A DNA stretch of 64,000 nt from Candidatus Caenarcanales bacterium (lineage in GTDB: Bacteria; Cyanobacteriota; Vampirovibrionia; Caenarcaniphilales; Caenarcanaceae). How positions within the stretch are numbered: the stretch's first letter is position 1; each line of letters starts with the position of its first letter. Where the stretch lies: assembly GCA_030065015.1 (NCBI GenBank), contig JASJDU010000002.1, forward strand, positions 85,051 to 149,050. Direction: 5' to 3'. The notes beneath the pieces are model-generated. The model had not been told where the DNA came from. It was given only the letters and a program-made list of their open reading frames with translations, and did no database searches. A program made the position numbers and the translations under genes. Positions 27,701 through 36,888 of this stretch are shown here, piece by piece.

Positions 27701-29812
27701 TTAACCTGCACCCGAAGTTAGCATATTTGAAGAACTACCTTCAATATCTCCAATATCGATTGTATTAAGAATTTCAACCTTGAAGTCGGTTGACAACTCA
27801 ACGTAAGACATAACCACAATTTGTGTATCAAAGTTCTGTATTAATCTTGCTAGCGGGAGTCTGATGCCGGGATTACAAACAATAACCGGTCTTCTTTCTA
27901 ATTGGCCGTATACTTCCGTTACTGAGTCTACAATTTTTCCTATGACTCTTCTTGCTTGTTCGGGATCTAGAGTTAAAACGAACTTGTCTTCTATCCTTTG
28001 CAAGGATTCCTCCATTTGCTGCTCAATCTCTGGACTTAAAGCTATGGCAAGGATGGTTTTATCAGCAGCGTGTTGAGCACATATTTGGCGTGCTAAACAC
28101 ATGCGGACTTTCTCGGATAATAAATCTGCATCTCTGATTGTTTGACCGAAATCTTCCAGTCTTTCGAGAATATAATGAATGTCTCTAATGCTTACTTTTT
28201 CTTTAAGCAAGTTGATGAGTATCTTGCGTAAATCGGTTATTTGAAGAATATTAGGGGTGACATTATCCACTAGAGGAGGATCAACTTGCCTAACTTGGTC
28301 AATTATTTTTCTTACATCAACCTTCGTGAACAATTCTTCAATATGTAAAATCACGGTTTCGGAAACGTGATAAGTGATAGCTTGTACTGGTGTTAAGTAT
28401 GGTCTATTCCATTTACGGTCCTTGATTAACTCTTCTAAATAATCCGGCTGTACCCAATAGGCAGCTTCTTTTAAATTGGGTTCCCAGGCGTTTAATGCAT
28501 TCGGTGGAGGAGTGTTAAATAATTTATCCCAGTGAGATTTGAGAATCAAGTATCTTTGAGGATAAACCTCAGAGCTGGATACCGTATTTCCTCGCACAAT
28601 TATGCGGTATTCGTATGGACCAATTAGCCTTGCGTCACAGATTCGTACCGGGGGCAAAATGTACCCAAATGTTAAGGTCATATGTTGCCGAAGAGAGCCA
28701 ATATCTTCGATTAACCGCCCTCCGCTTGCTGGATCTGCAAGCTCAATTAAATTACTCCCAACATGAACTGAAAGAGCATCAACTCCCAAAAGACTATACA
28801 TTTGTTCTGGAGTTGTGGGTGGTTTGGTTTGCTCTTGTATTTGAGTTTCAACCTGCTCAGTTTGTTGAACTTGAGTTGCTTTGAGAGCATTTAATCCTAT
28901 AAAAGAGATTAATCCACCTAAAGGAACAAAGAAGAACCAGGGCATGCCAGGAAGAAAGCCAATCATTCCAACCAATGCACCTGCAATAATAAGAGCCATT
29001 GGAGTTTGAAGAAATTGAGCAATCACATCCGTACTTAGACTTTCTCCAGAAGAGGTGGATCGAGTAACGATAATTCCAGTTGCAACTGCGGTTATGAGTG
29101 CTGGTACTTGTGCTCCGAGAGCGTCTCCAATTGTTAAAATGACGTATTTGCCGGCTGCGTATCCTGGATCGTAACCCTTTTGCAGTATTCCTATTCCTAG
29201 TCCTCCAAGAAGGTTCACAACGGTCATGATAATTCCGGCGATCGCATCTCCTTTTACAAATTTACTTGCACCGTCCATTGCTCCGTAAAGAGAACTCTCT
29301 CTCTCTAAGTCTCTTCTTCTTGTTTGAGCGACTTCCGGGGGAATTAATCCAGCATTAAGTTCTCCATCGATTGCCATTTGTTTACCTGGCATTGCATCCA
29401 ATGCGAATCTCGCTGATACTTCTGCAATACGTTCTGCGCCTTTTGTGATAACCATGAATTGCACGATCGTTATCACGACGAATAAAATAACCCCTACCGC
29501 CGGATTACCTGCTGCTACAATTCGACCGAAGGTTTCAATGACTTTTCCCGCATACCCTTCTGAGAGGATTAACCTTGTTGAAGCTATGTTTAAGCCCAAT
29601 CGGAATAAGGTAGCCGTTAATATTGCGGTTGGTAATATAGCAAGATCAATTGGGCGATTTAAGAATAGAGAGGTGCCCAAGAGAATCACAGCAATAGCAA
29701 TATTCAAGGATATAAACATATCCAGAATAAATGGTGGCAAGGGAACAACGATAATTGCCATGATGGCAAAGATCCCTAGTGCCAGAATTATGTCGCTAAT
29801 GCCGCCTTTCAT
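27701..29812 (-). CDS. flhA: FHIPEP-family type III export gate protein (FlhA/SctV)
   Basis: GAERIAEVSARFALDAMPGKQMAID, GAMDGASKFVKGDA, LLKEKVSIRD. Confidence 0.93.
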   Translation of the reverse strand: MKGGISDIILALGIFAIMAIIVVPLPPFILDMFISLNIAIAVILLGTSLFLNRPIDLAILPTAILTATLFRLGLNIASTRLILSEGYAGKVIETFGRIVAAGNPAVGVILFVVITIVQFMVITKGAERIAEVSARFALDAMPGKQMAIDGELNAGLIPPEVAQTRRRDLERESSLYGAMDGASKFVKGDAIAGIIMTVVNLLGGLGIGILQKGYDPGYAAGKYVILTIGDALGAQVPALITAVATGIIVTRSTSSGESLSTDVIAQFLQTPMALIIAGALVGMIGFLPGMPWFFFVPLGGLISFIGLNALKATQVQQTEQVETQIQEQTKPPTTPEQMYSLLGVDALSVHVGSNLIELADPASGGRLIEDIGSLRQHMTLTFGYILPPVRICDARLIGPYEYRIIVRGNTVSSSEVYPQRYLILKSHWDKLFNTPPPNALNAWEPNLKEAAYWVQPDYLEELIKDRKWNRPYLTPVQAITYHVSETVILHIEELFTKVDVRKIIDQVRQVDPPLVDNVTPNILQITDLRKILINLLKEKVSIRDIHYILERLEDFGQTIRDADLLSEKVRMCLARQICAQHAADKTILAIALSPEIEQQMEESLQRIEDKFVLTLDPEQARRVIGKIVDSVTEVYGQLERRPVIVCNPGIRLPLARLIQNFDTQIVVMSYVELSTDFKVEILNTIDIGDIEGSSSNMLTSGAG

Positions 29813-29970
29813 TAAGCTTAATTTTGTTGTCTAGACTTTAAGGCTTAAGAGAATAAGAAATGATGTTATTCCTATATACTATTATGCCTATTTATAGATC
29901 TTTAAAACTAAGAACAAGTTAAATAAGCTATTGTTAAATCGATTTGTTTCTCAATTGAAGGCAATTAGCT

Positions 29971-30627
29971 ATGCAAATTAATTCTTTAAGCAATAAATTT
30001 GTTTATTCAAAGAATAAAGATTCAGATAAATTGATGATTGTTCTTCATGGTTTGGGTGATAGTTCTAATGGATATAAATGGTTGCCAAAGACTTTAAATT
30101 TACCTGAACTCAATTATCTATTTCTTGATGCCCCTGATCAATATTATGAAGGTTATTCGTGGTACAAAATCCCAGAGGGTAAAATTAAGAATAGATTATC
30201 AGATCTGGAAATACAATCTGTAAAAAGAAGTAGAGATCTTTTGTGGGAGACTCTTGAAGAAATACAAGAACAGGGAACGAGTATAAATGATGTTTTTCTT
30301 TTTGGGTTTTCTCAAGGTTGTGTCATGAGTTTGGAGCTTTGCTTAAGATATCCCAAGGTTTTTGCTGGTATTTGTGGTATCAGTGGGTATTTGTTTAATC
30401 CGCTAGCAATTGAAGAGGATTTGAGTGCAAAAGCTAAATTGCAAAATATATTAATTACTCATGGTCAATATGATGATCTAATTCCAATTAAACGTGTAAA
30501 CCAAGGAGTTGATTTCTTAAGACAGCTTGGATTGAAAGTGAGGTTTGAGAAATATCCCAAAGCACATACGATCGATCCTTATGAGGAATTAAGCTTAATT
30601 AGAGAATGGATAGTCAAGAGTATTTAG
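29971..30627 (+). CDS. Phospholipase/carboxylesterase (alpha/beta hydrolase)
   Basis: LHGLGD, GFSQG, HG.YDD, AH triad. Confidence 0.9.
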   Translation: MQINSLSNKFVYSKNKDSDKLMIVLHGLGDSSNGYKWLPKTLNLPELNYLFLDAPDQYYEGYSWYKIPEGKIKNRLSDLEIQSVKRSRDLLWETLEEIQEQGTSINDVFLFGFSQGCVMSLELCLRYPKVFAGICGISGYLFNPLAIEEDLSAKAKLQNILITHGQYDDLIPIKRVNQGVDFLRQLGLKVRFEKYPKAHTIDPYEELSLIREWIVKSI

Positions 30628-30634
30628 TTTTTGC

Positions 30635-31246
30635 TTAAGCTTCTAATGGTTCTTCGGGTGCAAAATAATCTCTAACTGCATCTTGTGAAGACCTTGGTTG
30701 GGCAATTGGAGTGTTGAAGACTGCTCTGAGGCCTTGTGTAATTCCCACAACCCCACTTATTGCCCCGAGGACAGGACCAACGGAGTATGCATATCTAGCA
30801 AAGTCACTGCTAGTACCAAATAAACCAGCTATTCCTTGAGACATAGTACTTAGAGAATCAAGGAAAGACATCCCAGAAGATAACCCACCGAAAACAGAAC
30901 TTGAATATAAAGATTCTGGAGGCAAATCAAGTGGTGATATTTTGTTCAGTAAAGCGCTCGTTGCTGAACTGGATGCTTCTGTTGCTATTGAAATTGCGTT
31001 TGGGTTTGTTCCTGCAGGGCCGAAGTTGTTAAATAGACCTGGTCCAAACGTTCCACTTGAATTTAGCGAGCTTAACAGAGAGTCAAAATTACCATCAGTA
31101 TTTCCCCCTGTTGCGCCAAATCCTCCCAGAGGATATGCCCCAAGACCGTTAAAATAACCAGAGTTAGCCAATCCAATGGTACCAAATTGGTTTGGATTGT
31201 ATTGAGGAATTGTATTGTTGAGATTGTTTGCTGTTCCTGATGACAT
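30635..31246 (-). CDS. Hypothetical Gly/Ser/Asn-rich protein with a C-terminal hydrophobic segment
   Basis: 12 bp downstream of the flgG-like gene on the same strand. Confidence 0.75.
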   Translation of the reverse strand: MSSGTANNLNNTIPQYNPNQFGTIGLANSGYFNGLGAYPLGGFGATGGNTDGNFDSLLSSLNSSGTFGPGLFNNFGPAGTNPNAISIATEASSSATSALLNKISPLDLPPESLYSSSVFGGLSSGMSFLDSLSTMSQGIAGLFGTSSDFARYAYSVGPVLGAISGVVGITQGLRAVFNTPIAQPRSSQDAVRDYFAPEEPLEA

Positions 31247-31258
31247 TTTCTAAACCCC

Positions 31259-31993
31259 TTATCCTAGTGCGCCAGTTAGTGTTCTTACGTACTCTCTTTG
31301 ACTTGTATTTAGCAGTTGAGTTATCCTCGCGTACGTCGATATCTTTTGATTCATCTGTCTGAAAATTGCAAACTCCTTAGGTCCATTTACATTAGAACCT
31401 TCTAAAGCCCCTTGTCTTACTCTGGTTTGGGAAGTTGGCCCCAAACAGACATGTAGTGATTTACCCGCTTCGTCGGTTGGTTTGTAAACAGAGCCATCAA
31501 AGTCTAATTTGTCTGCTGCAGGATAATTAACAACTTGTAAATCCGTTATTTTTATTTGGCTTCCATCCGGTCTTTTTCCCAAAACAGAACCATCAACGGC
31601 TATCTCCAAATCCGAGAATCCTTCAGGTACTTTTACTTTTGGAAAAACTAAATTTTCTCCCGATTTTAAATAACCATCTTTATCGGTTCCTAAGTTGAGA
31701 TTTCTTGTTAAAACAGTTTCATCGTTATTATCTAAAAGAACAAAAAAACCTTTTCCCTCCAATGAAACATCGTTTGGTCTATTGGTTATGCTTAATTTCC
31801 CAGCTTCCATATTCCTCTGAGTTCTCGAATCGTCTATTATGTCATCAAAAGAAATTGGCCTTTCAGCTTTATATCCTGGTGTTGTAGCGTTGGTGATATT
31901 TTTGGTGACAACTTCAAGTTCAGAAAAAGCTTTTCCTGATTTGACTTGAAGATCGTTTATTAAGGCGCCGAATTGCATAGAAAAATTTCCCAA
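31259..31993 (-). CDS. flgG: Flagellar rod FlgG-like protein (divergent)
   Basis: NITNATTPGYK, DVSLEGKGFF, VRQGALEGSNVN. Confidence 0.75.
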   Translation of the reverse strand: MGNFSMQFGALINDLQVKSGKAFSELEVVTKNITNATTPGYKAERPISFDDIIDDSRTQRNMEAGKLSITNRPNDVSLEGKGFFVLLDNNDETVLTRNLNLGTDKDGYLKSGENLVFPKVKVPEGFSDLEIAVDGSVLGKRPDGSQIKITDLQVVNYPAADKLDFDGSVYKPTDEAGKSLHVCLGPTSQTRVRQGALEGSNVNGPKEFAIFRQMNQKISTYARITQLLNTSQREYVRTLTGALG

Positions 31994-32090
31994 ACCTAAG
32001 ATATTTAATCCTCATTTGGAGAAAGTGAAAATCCGTTACTTGCTTTATATTTAGTCTGTTATATAAGGAATTGAAGGGTTTTCCCTAGCT

Positions 32091-32927
32091 TTATAGATTT
32101 CTTAGTAGTATTTGTACCGCTTCATTATTCAATCTAATACCCGTTGTGAATAAGTTGTTGGTTAATGTTAGTAAGTTGTTCTTTTGAGATAAACCCATAA
32201 ACTCAATTGGAAGATTCACGTTTGATTGTTCTACATAGTGTTGCATTACTTTGCCTTTGGGTTTTAGGTTAACTTCTAAGTAACCGAGCTCCTTGCCATT
32301 GAGTTTGTCTGTAACTTTACCGTTGAAGTCTATATTCAGTTCTTTCATACTCCAATCAACGGGGGCCCCATCTTTGTAACAAACTTCCAGTGGAATTTCT
32401 TTGTCTACAGTTACCATCCTTCCTTTATTATCAAACTTAAATCTTCCATCACGAGTATATTGTCCATTTGCTAACTTAAAACCTTTTCCATCACCGGCAA
32501 TTGCAAGGTCTAAATGCCAATCGGTTTTTTCAAGCTTGCCCGGTGTTTCGTCAATAATTGGATTTCCATTGCTGTCTAGATAAGGCAATATTCTTCTATA
32601 ACCTGGAGTATCCGCGTTTGTTATATTCTGAATTGTAGATTTGATTGCCTTTTGAATATTCTCTCGACTTTCTTTTACCGCTTTATCGGAATTGCAGTTG
32701 AAAGGTTTAACCGGGTGACAACCTGCTGAAGGTTTTTGTGAAGTTGAGTTTTCGTCAAGAGATGTATTTGGTTGAGCTTGTAAAAACTTTTTTAAAGTAT
32801 TCTGGAAAGAATTAGGTCCTTCTTTTAAAATTTGGCTCGTTTGCAGCTCTTTTGAAGAGCCAATTGCTGGAGAACCCACTAGGTTATCCAGGGGTGAAAT
32901 ATATGAATTGTAAAAAGGATCCACCAC
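32091..32927 (-). CDS. flgF: Flagellar rod FlgF-like protein with a long N-terminal extension
   Basis: NITNADTPGYR, DLAIAGDG, YTRDGRF, VEQSNVN; upstream of the flgG-like gene. Confidence 0.65.
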   Translation of the reverse strand: MVDPFYNSYISPLDNLVGSPAIGSSKELQTSQILKEGPNSFQNTLKKFLQAQPNTSLDENSTSQKPSAGCHPVKPFNCNSDKAVKESRENIQKAIKSTIQNITNADTPGYRRILPYLDSNGNPIIDETPGKLEKTDWHLDLAIAGDGKGFKLANGQYTRDGRFKFDNKGRMVTVDKEIPLEVCYKDGAPVDWSMKELNIDFNGKVTDKLNGKELGYLEVNLKPKGKVMQHYVEQSNVNLPIEFMGLSQKNNLLTLTNNLFTTGIRLNNEAVQILLRNL

Positions 32928-33001
32928 AGATATCTTTTGCCACGGAATAAAGAAGCCGTTAATTAATTAATGATTTTAGGGGATTCCCGTGGAAATTTAT
33001 C

Positions 33002-33643
33002 TCAAACTGCTTGAGTTGTAGGTGTGAAAGTTGTTATGTTCTCGATTCGAGCAATAAACTGTTCCATTTTGCTTAAAAAACCTAGAGTGTTTCTTTCAGC
33101 TTTTTTTCTCCAATCTTCATCTTTTTTCTTTTGTTTTAATTCCCATTCAGCATTTGCAACTTCCGCTTCTACAAGATGATTTGTCACTTCTTTGGCTTTT
33201 GGAGGTGGTGAATTGAATGGAAGTAGATTCTTAGGATTCTTTATTTTTATTGCTTTTTGAGAAGCTTGGTTGTAATTTGCAATTTTTAATTCTTTTAGTT
33301 TGTTTACTAGTTCTTTTGGAGGGGGAGGATTGCTAACAATTCTAAATTCTGTATGCAAAACAGGATCTCTTTCTGTTGGACCTCCGAAGCCTAGTCGGAA
33401 TGAACTATCACTTGGTTTATTTACATAAGAGCTATCTGCCCTATTAAAAAATGCAGTTTCTTTGCCTTGAGAAGACTTTGTGGCCTGGTCAGCACCTGAT
33501 GTTGAATCCGAGGCCACTGCCCCTTGTTCGTTTTCTGCGAATTGACGATTAGAATTACCAGCAGCCGAAGCAGCGGATAGTTGGTGGGTCCAATATGCTG
33601 CAGCTGCTGGATTGTTTATGTTGTTGTAATTAGGACCAGTCAT
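33002..33643 (-). CDS. Hypothetical protein, first gene of the flg-like cluster
   Basis: 213-aa ORF with a low-complexity N-terminus. Confidence 0.75.
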   Translation of the reverse strand: MTGPNYNNINNPAAAAYWTHQLSAASAAGNSNRQFAENEQGAVASDSTSGADQATKSSQGKETAFFNRADSSYVNKPSDSSFRLGFGGPTERDPVLHTEFRIVSNPPPPKELVNKLKELKIANYNQASQKAIKIKNPKNLLPFNSPPPKAKEVTNHLVEAEVANAEWELKQKKKDEDWRKKAERNTLGFLSKMEQFIARIENITTFTPTTQAV

Positions 33644-33730
33644 AATTGGCTACCTAACGCTTAAAGTATCAATGAGTTTTATATGGTTTTAAAATAGGAG
33701 TAAATTATTATCCTGAAACTTAAACGTCTT

Positions 33731-33757
33731 AAATCGGCTGAATTTCACATCTCGTTA
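33731..33757 (-). promoter_or_regulatory. Possible sigma-28 (FliA)-like promoter
   Basis: TAAC-N15-GCCGATTT on the minus strand versus consensus TAAA-N15-GCCGATAA. Confidence 0.3.
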
Positions 33758-33793
33758 AAAATAGTTAAGAAATTATTTTAAAAGGCAATTATC

Positions 33794-34696
33794 TTGAAAA
33801 TAAAAATTGGAAGTAGAAAATCTCGTTTGGCGCTGACCCAGAGTGAATGGGTGAAAAGTAAATTAGTTAATTTGGATTGTGAAATTGTTCATATTGACAC
33901 CAAAGGAGATCAAGTTTTAGATAGAGCTCTTCACAAAGTTGGAGATAAAGGTTTATTCACTGCTGAGCTTGAAGAGGCTTTGCTTAAAGGAGAGATTGAT
34001 CTTGCGGTGCATTCTTTGAAAGACTTACCAACCAAAATCAATCCTCAACTTCCAATAAAAGCAATTACTAAAAGAGAAGATCCTTGGGATTGTGTGGTGT
34101 TTAACGAACGAGTATCTTCAACAAAATCAATTTTAAAATTACCAATGAACAGTGTTATTGGAACAAGCAGTTTAAGAAGGATTTCTCAGTTAAGGCATTT
34201 GAGACCTGATTTTCAGTTCTTTCCTTTGAGAGGGAATGTGGAGACGAGAATTAGGAAAATAAAAGATGGAGTAAATAATCTGTCTGCCGGTGTTTTAGCT
34301 TTTGCGGGGCTTAAGAGATTGGGTTTGCAAGAACTGGTGGATGAAGTTCTCAGTTGTGAAGTCTGTATCCCCTCACCCGGACAAGGAGCCCTTGCTGTAC
34401 AAGTTTGTCAAAACAGTATTGATAATAAGCCAGAGTTATTGGAAGCATTAGAAGAAATAAATCACAAAGAAACTAAAATTTTAGTTGGTGCTGAAAGAGC
34501 CGCCTTGGAATTCATTGACGGAGGGTGTCAAACCCCTTTTGCTGCTTATGCAGAGTCAATTAATTCTAAAGAACTAAAGCTAATTGCTGCTTTAGGCGAT
34601 CAAAGTTCAGATATGCTTATTATTGATGAGATTATTGGTTCTAAAGATGAATATGGATTATTAGGAGAGGAGCTTGGGCGGAGGCTGAAATCATAA
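33794..34696 (+). CDS. hemC: Hydroxymethylbilane synthase
   Basis: GSRKSRLA, KGLFT, AVHSLKD, GTSSLRR, GGCQ.P. Confidence 0.97.
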   Translation: MKIKIGSRKSRLALTQSEWVKSKLVNLDCEIVHIDTKGDQVLDRALHKVGDKGLFTAELEEALLKGEIDLAVHSLKDLPTKINPQLPIKAITKREDPWDCVVFNERVSSTKSILKLPMNSVIGTSSLRRISQLRHLRPDFQFFPLRGNVETRIRKIKDGVNNLSAGVLAFAGLKRLGLQELVDEVLSCEVCIPSPGQGALAVQVCQNSIDNKPELLEALEEINHKETKILVGAERAALEFIDGGCQTPFAAYAESINSKELKLIAALGDQSSDMLIIDEIIGSKDEYGLLGEELGRRLKS

Positions 34697-34786
34697 AAAC
34701 ACTTCTAAAAACCATTAACAATCTTTAATTGATTGATTTTCTAGATTTGTGATAGTTATGCTCTACTGTATTCATTCTAATTTCCT

Positions 34787-35419
34787 ATGAAAATTCCAAT
34801 TGTTAAAGCTACTTTGCTTGCGAGCTTTCTTGCAATAGAATCAGGAAGTGCAGCTCTTGCCAATCGTGTTAACTTTCCTCCACGATTTAAGCCAAACCAT
34901 CAAACTTTAAATAAGCAACAAACAAAAGGAATCGCAAAAGATTTGCGATTCCCCCAAAAAGGTTATGTGGATGTACCGGTCTATGAGAATATATGTAAAA
35001 AAGGTTCCCCCTCTTACCCAACAATCAAGAAATATAATTACGAGGGTATAACTTTTAGAGCAGCCTATGATTGCAAAAACAGATTCCCCGTTATAGAGAT
35101 GTATTGGGGGAATGCTGGTAAAGAGCCCGAAGGCGCAAGGTGCCCACTCGAAGTGAAATATGCTAAGAAACCTTTCTGGAACCTTAAACTTGCTCAGTTT
35201 AGCCAAAACCCGGCTGACGTAAATTCAACTAGTAGATCATGGCGGCTGCAAGGTACAAGAGTTTTTCAAAATACCGTTTTTTGGTATGTTGATCCTGCTT
35301 CGTCAAACAGTTCTTCTTTGACTATAGGTGTTCCGAAAATGCCACAGCACGATAATGTTAAGAAAATAATGATACCGCTAAGATTTTCCTTAACATGTTC
35401 AATGAAGCCTAAAGACTAA
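34787..35419 (+). CDS. Hypothetical secreted protein (4-Cys family)
   Basis: Signal peptide ending ALA; 4 Cys. Confidence 0.75.
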   Translation: MKIPIVKATLLASFLAIESGSAALANRVNFPPRFKPNHQTLNKQQTKGIAKDLRFPQKGYVDVPVYENICKKGSPSYPTIKKYNYEGITFRAAYDCKNRFPVIEMYWGNAGKEPEGARCPLEVKYAKKPFWNLKLAQFSQNPADVNSTSRSWRLQGTRVFQNTVFWYVDPASSNSSSLTIGVPKMPQHDNVKKIMIPLRFSLTCSMKPKD

Positions 35420-35585
35420 ATTGTACAACTTTGCAAGAACTTGGCAAAAGATTAAAAACAAATTTTAGATAAGAAAACTTAGCTTTTGCACCTGAAAATA
35501 ATTAAAGAATTTTCACAAACCAGTTCGTCTGATTAATTGAATTTATTTGTAGATTTGATAGTATCTTAGCTGAGCAAATTGAATT

Positions 35586-36260
35586 ATGAGACCTATCTTT
35601 CGAAATACCTGTGCAACCTTGTCTGCGGCTGTCTTTACTTTGTCTGGATTTCATAATCAAGCCTTCGCTAAGGAATTTAAGCCTGTTTCTCAATCTTACT
35701 CTCCTTCACCAGTCACTCATGTCCAAGAGAAGCAAGCTAAAGGAACATCTCAAAGAGAAATAAAACCAAAAACAATTACTTTTCCCCTTGTAAATGCTCC
35801 CGATAAGTCAGACTGTACAGGAGGCAAAACTCAGTCCTGGATTAAGCCAATAAGGAAGAATAATGTAAGTTTGCAAGTAGTATTAATTTGCAGTGATCTG
35901 TTTCATAAAATTGTAGTTTCTTCGAGTGAAAAATTAATTGGAGGATGTTCTGTAAATGCTTCTTCTTACAAGTTAGTCGGGTCTAATACTCAAAAAGCAT
36001 TTTATACAATTGGCAGGAGTCTAGGTCTAATATCTCCTGTCCAAGGATTTGAACTTGTCTCTACAGAGGGCGGTTTTAATGCTGTACATAGAACAAACTC
36101 CATTTATTTTAGAGCTACTCAATTAAATAACTTTGCCAATACCCACATTTTTACAGTGCCTCAGAAAAGATCTTTAATGCCTGAAAGGACTGTTCTCCCT
36201 GGCCAAGTTAAAGCTGTTTATCTTCCACAAAAACTTCAAGTAGATTGCAAAGTGAAATAA
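35586..36260 (+). CDS. Hypothetical secreted protein (4-Cys family)
   Basis: Signal peptide ending AFA; 4 mature Cys with similar spacing to the upstream gene. Confidence 0.75.
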   Translation: MRPIFRNTCATLSAAVFTLSGFHNQAFAKEFKPVSQSYSPSPVTHVQEKQAKGTSQREIKPKTITFPLVNAPDKSDCTGGKTQSWIKPIRKNNVSLQVVLICSDLFHKIVVSSSEKLIGGCSVNASSYKLVGSNTQKAFYTIGRSLGLISPVQGFELVSTEGGFNAVHRTNSIYFRATQLNNFANTHIFTVPQKRSLMPERTVLPGQVKAVYLPQKLQVDCKVK

Positions 36261-36409
36261 TTTAGTGAGCTAAAGAAAAGGTGGTGTTGCTTTCAAGCTT
36301 ATAAATTCTCAGAATCTCACTAAATTCGTTAACAGCAAAATCAATTTCTTCTTTTGCAATCGTAAAGGGAGGTGAAATTGTCTTGAAAACGAGAGACAAT
36401 TAATTGGCA

Positions 36410-36667
36410 ATGGGAAAGAAGAAAAAAATATTACTTTCAATTCTTCAAGGTTCTAAGAATGTAAGCTTTGCTGATTTATCTAATTTGGCAGAGGCTTTTG
36501 GTTTTGAACTTTGTAGAATCAATGGTAGTCATCATATTTTCCAACACAAAGATATTAAAGAGCTATTAAATCTTCAAAACTACAAAGGAAAGGCCAAACC
36601 TTATCAGGTCAAACAACTGTTGAATTTAATAAATCGTTACAATTTAAGTATGGAAGAGGAAAAATGA
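36410..36667 (+). CDS. hicA: HicA family toxin
   Basis: GF...RINGSHHIF.H, KAKPYQVKQ. Confidence 0.9.
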   Translation: MGKKKKILLSILQGSKNVSFADLSNLAEAFGFELCRINGSHHIFQHKDIKELLNLQNYKGKAKPYQVKQLLNLINRYNLSMEEEK

Positions 36668-36888
36668 AGAAAGACTATCATATAAATATATTTTATAGCG
36701 AAGAAGATCAAGGATATATAGCTGATATACCCGATCTGGAGTTTTGCTCCGCCTTTGGAGAAACACCTATAAAAGCATTGGAAGAAGCTTTGAAGGCGAA
36801 AGAAGCCTGGTTGTCTACTGCATTAGATCAAAAAAAGCCAATTCCTGAACCAAAGTATGGATCCATCTTTTATAGATTATCTTCCTGA
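36664..36888 (+). CDS. hicB: HicB family antitoxin (short, no DNA-binding domain)
   Basis: YSEEDQGYIADIPDL..CSAFGET..A, PIPEP. Confidence 0.9.
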   Translation: MKKDYHINIFYSEEDQGYIADIPDLEFCSAFGETPIKALEEALKAKEAWLSTALDQKKPIPEPKYGSIFYRLSS

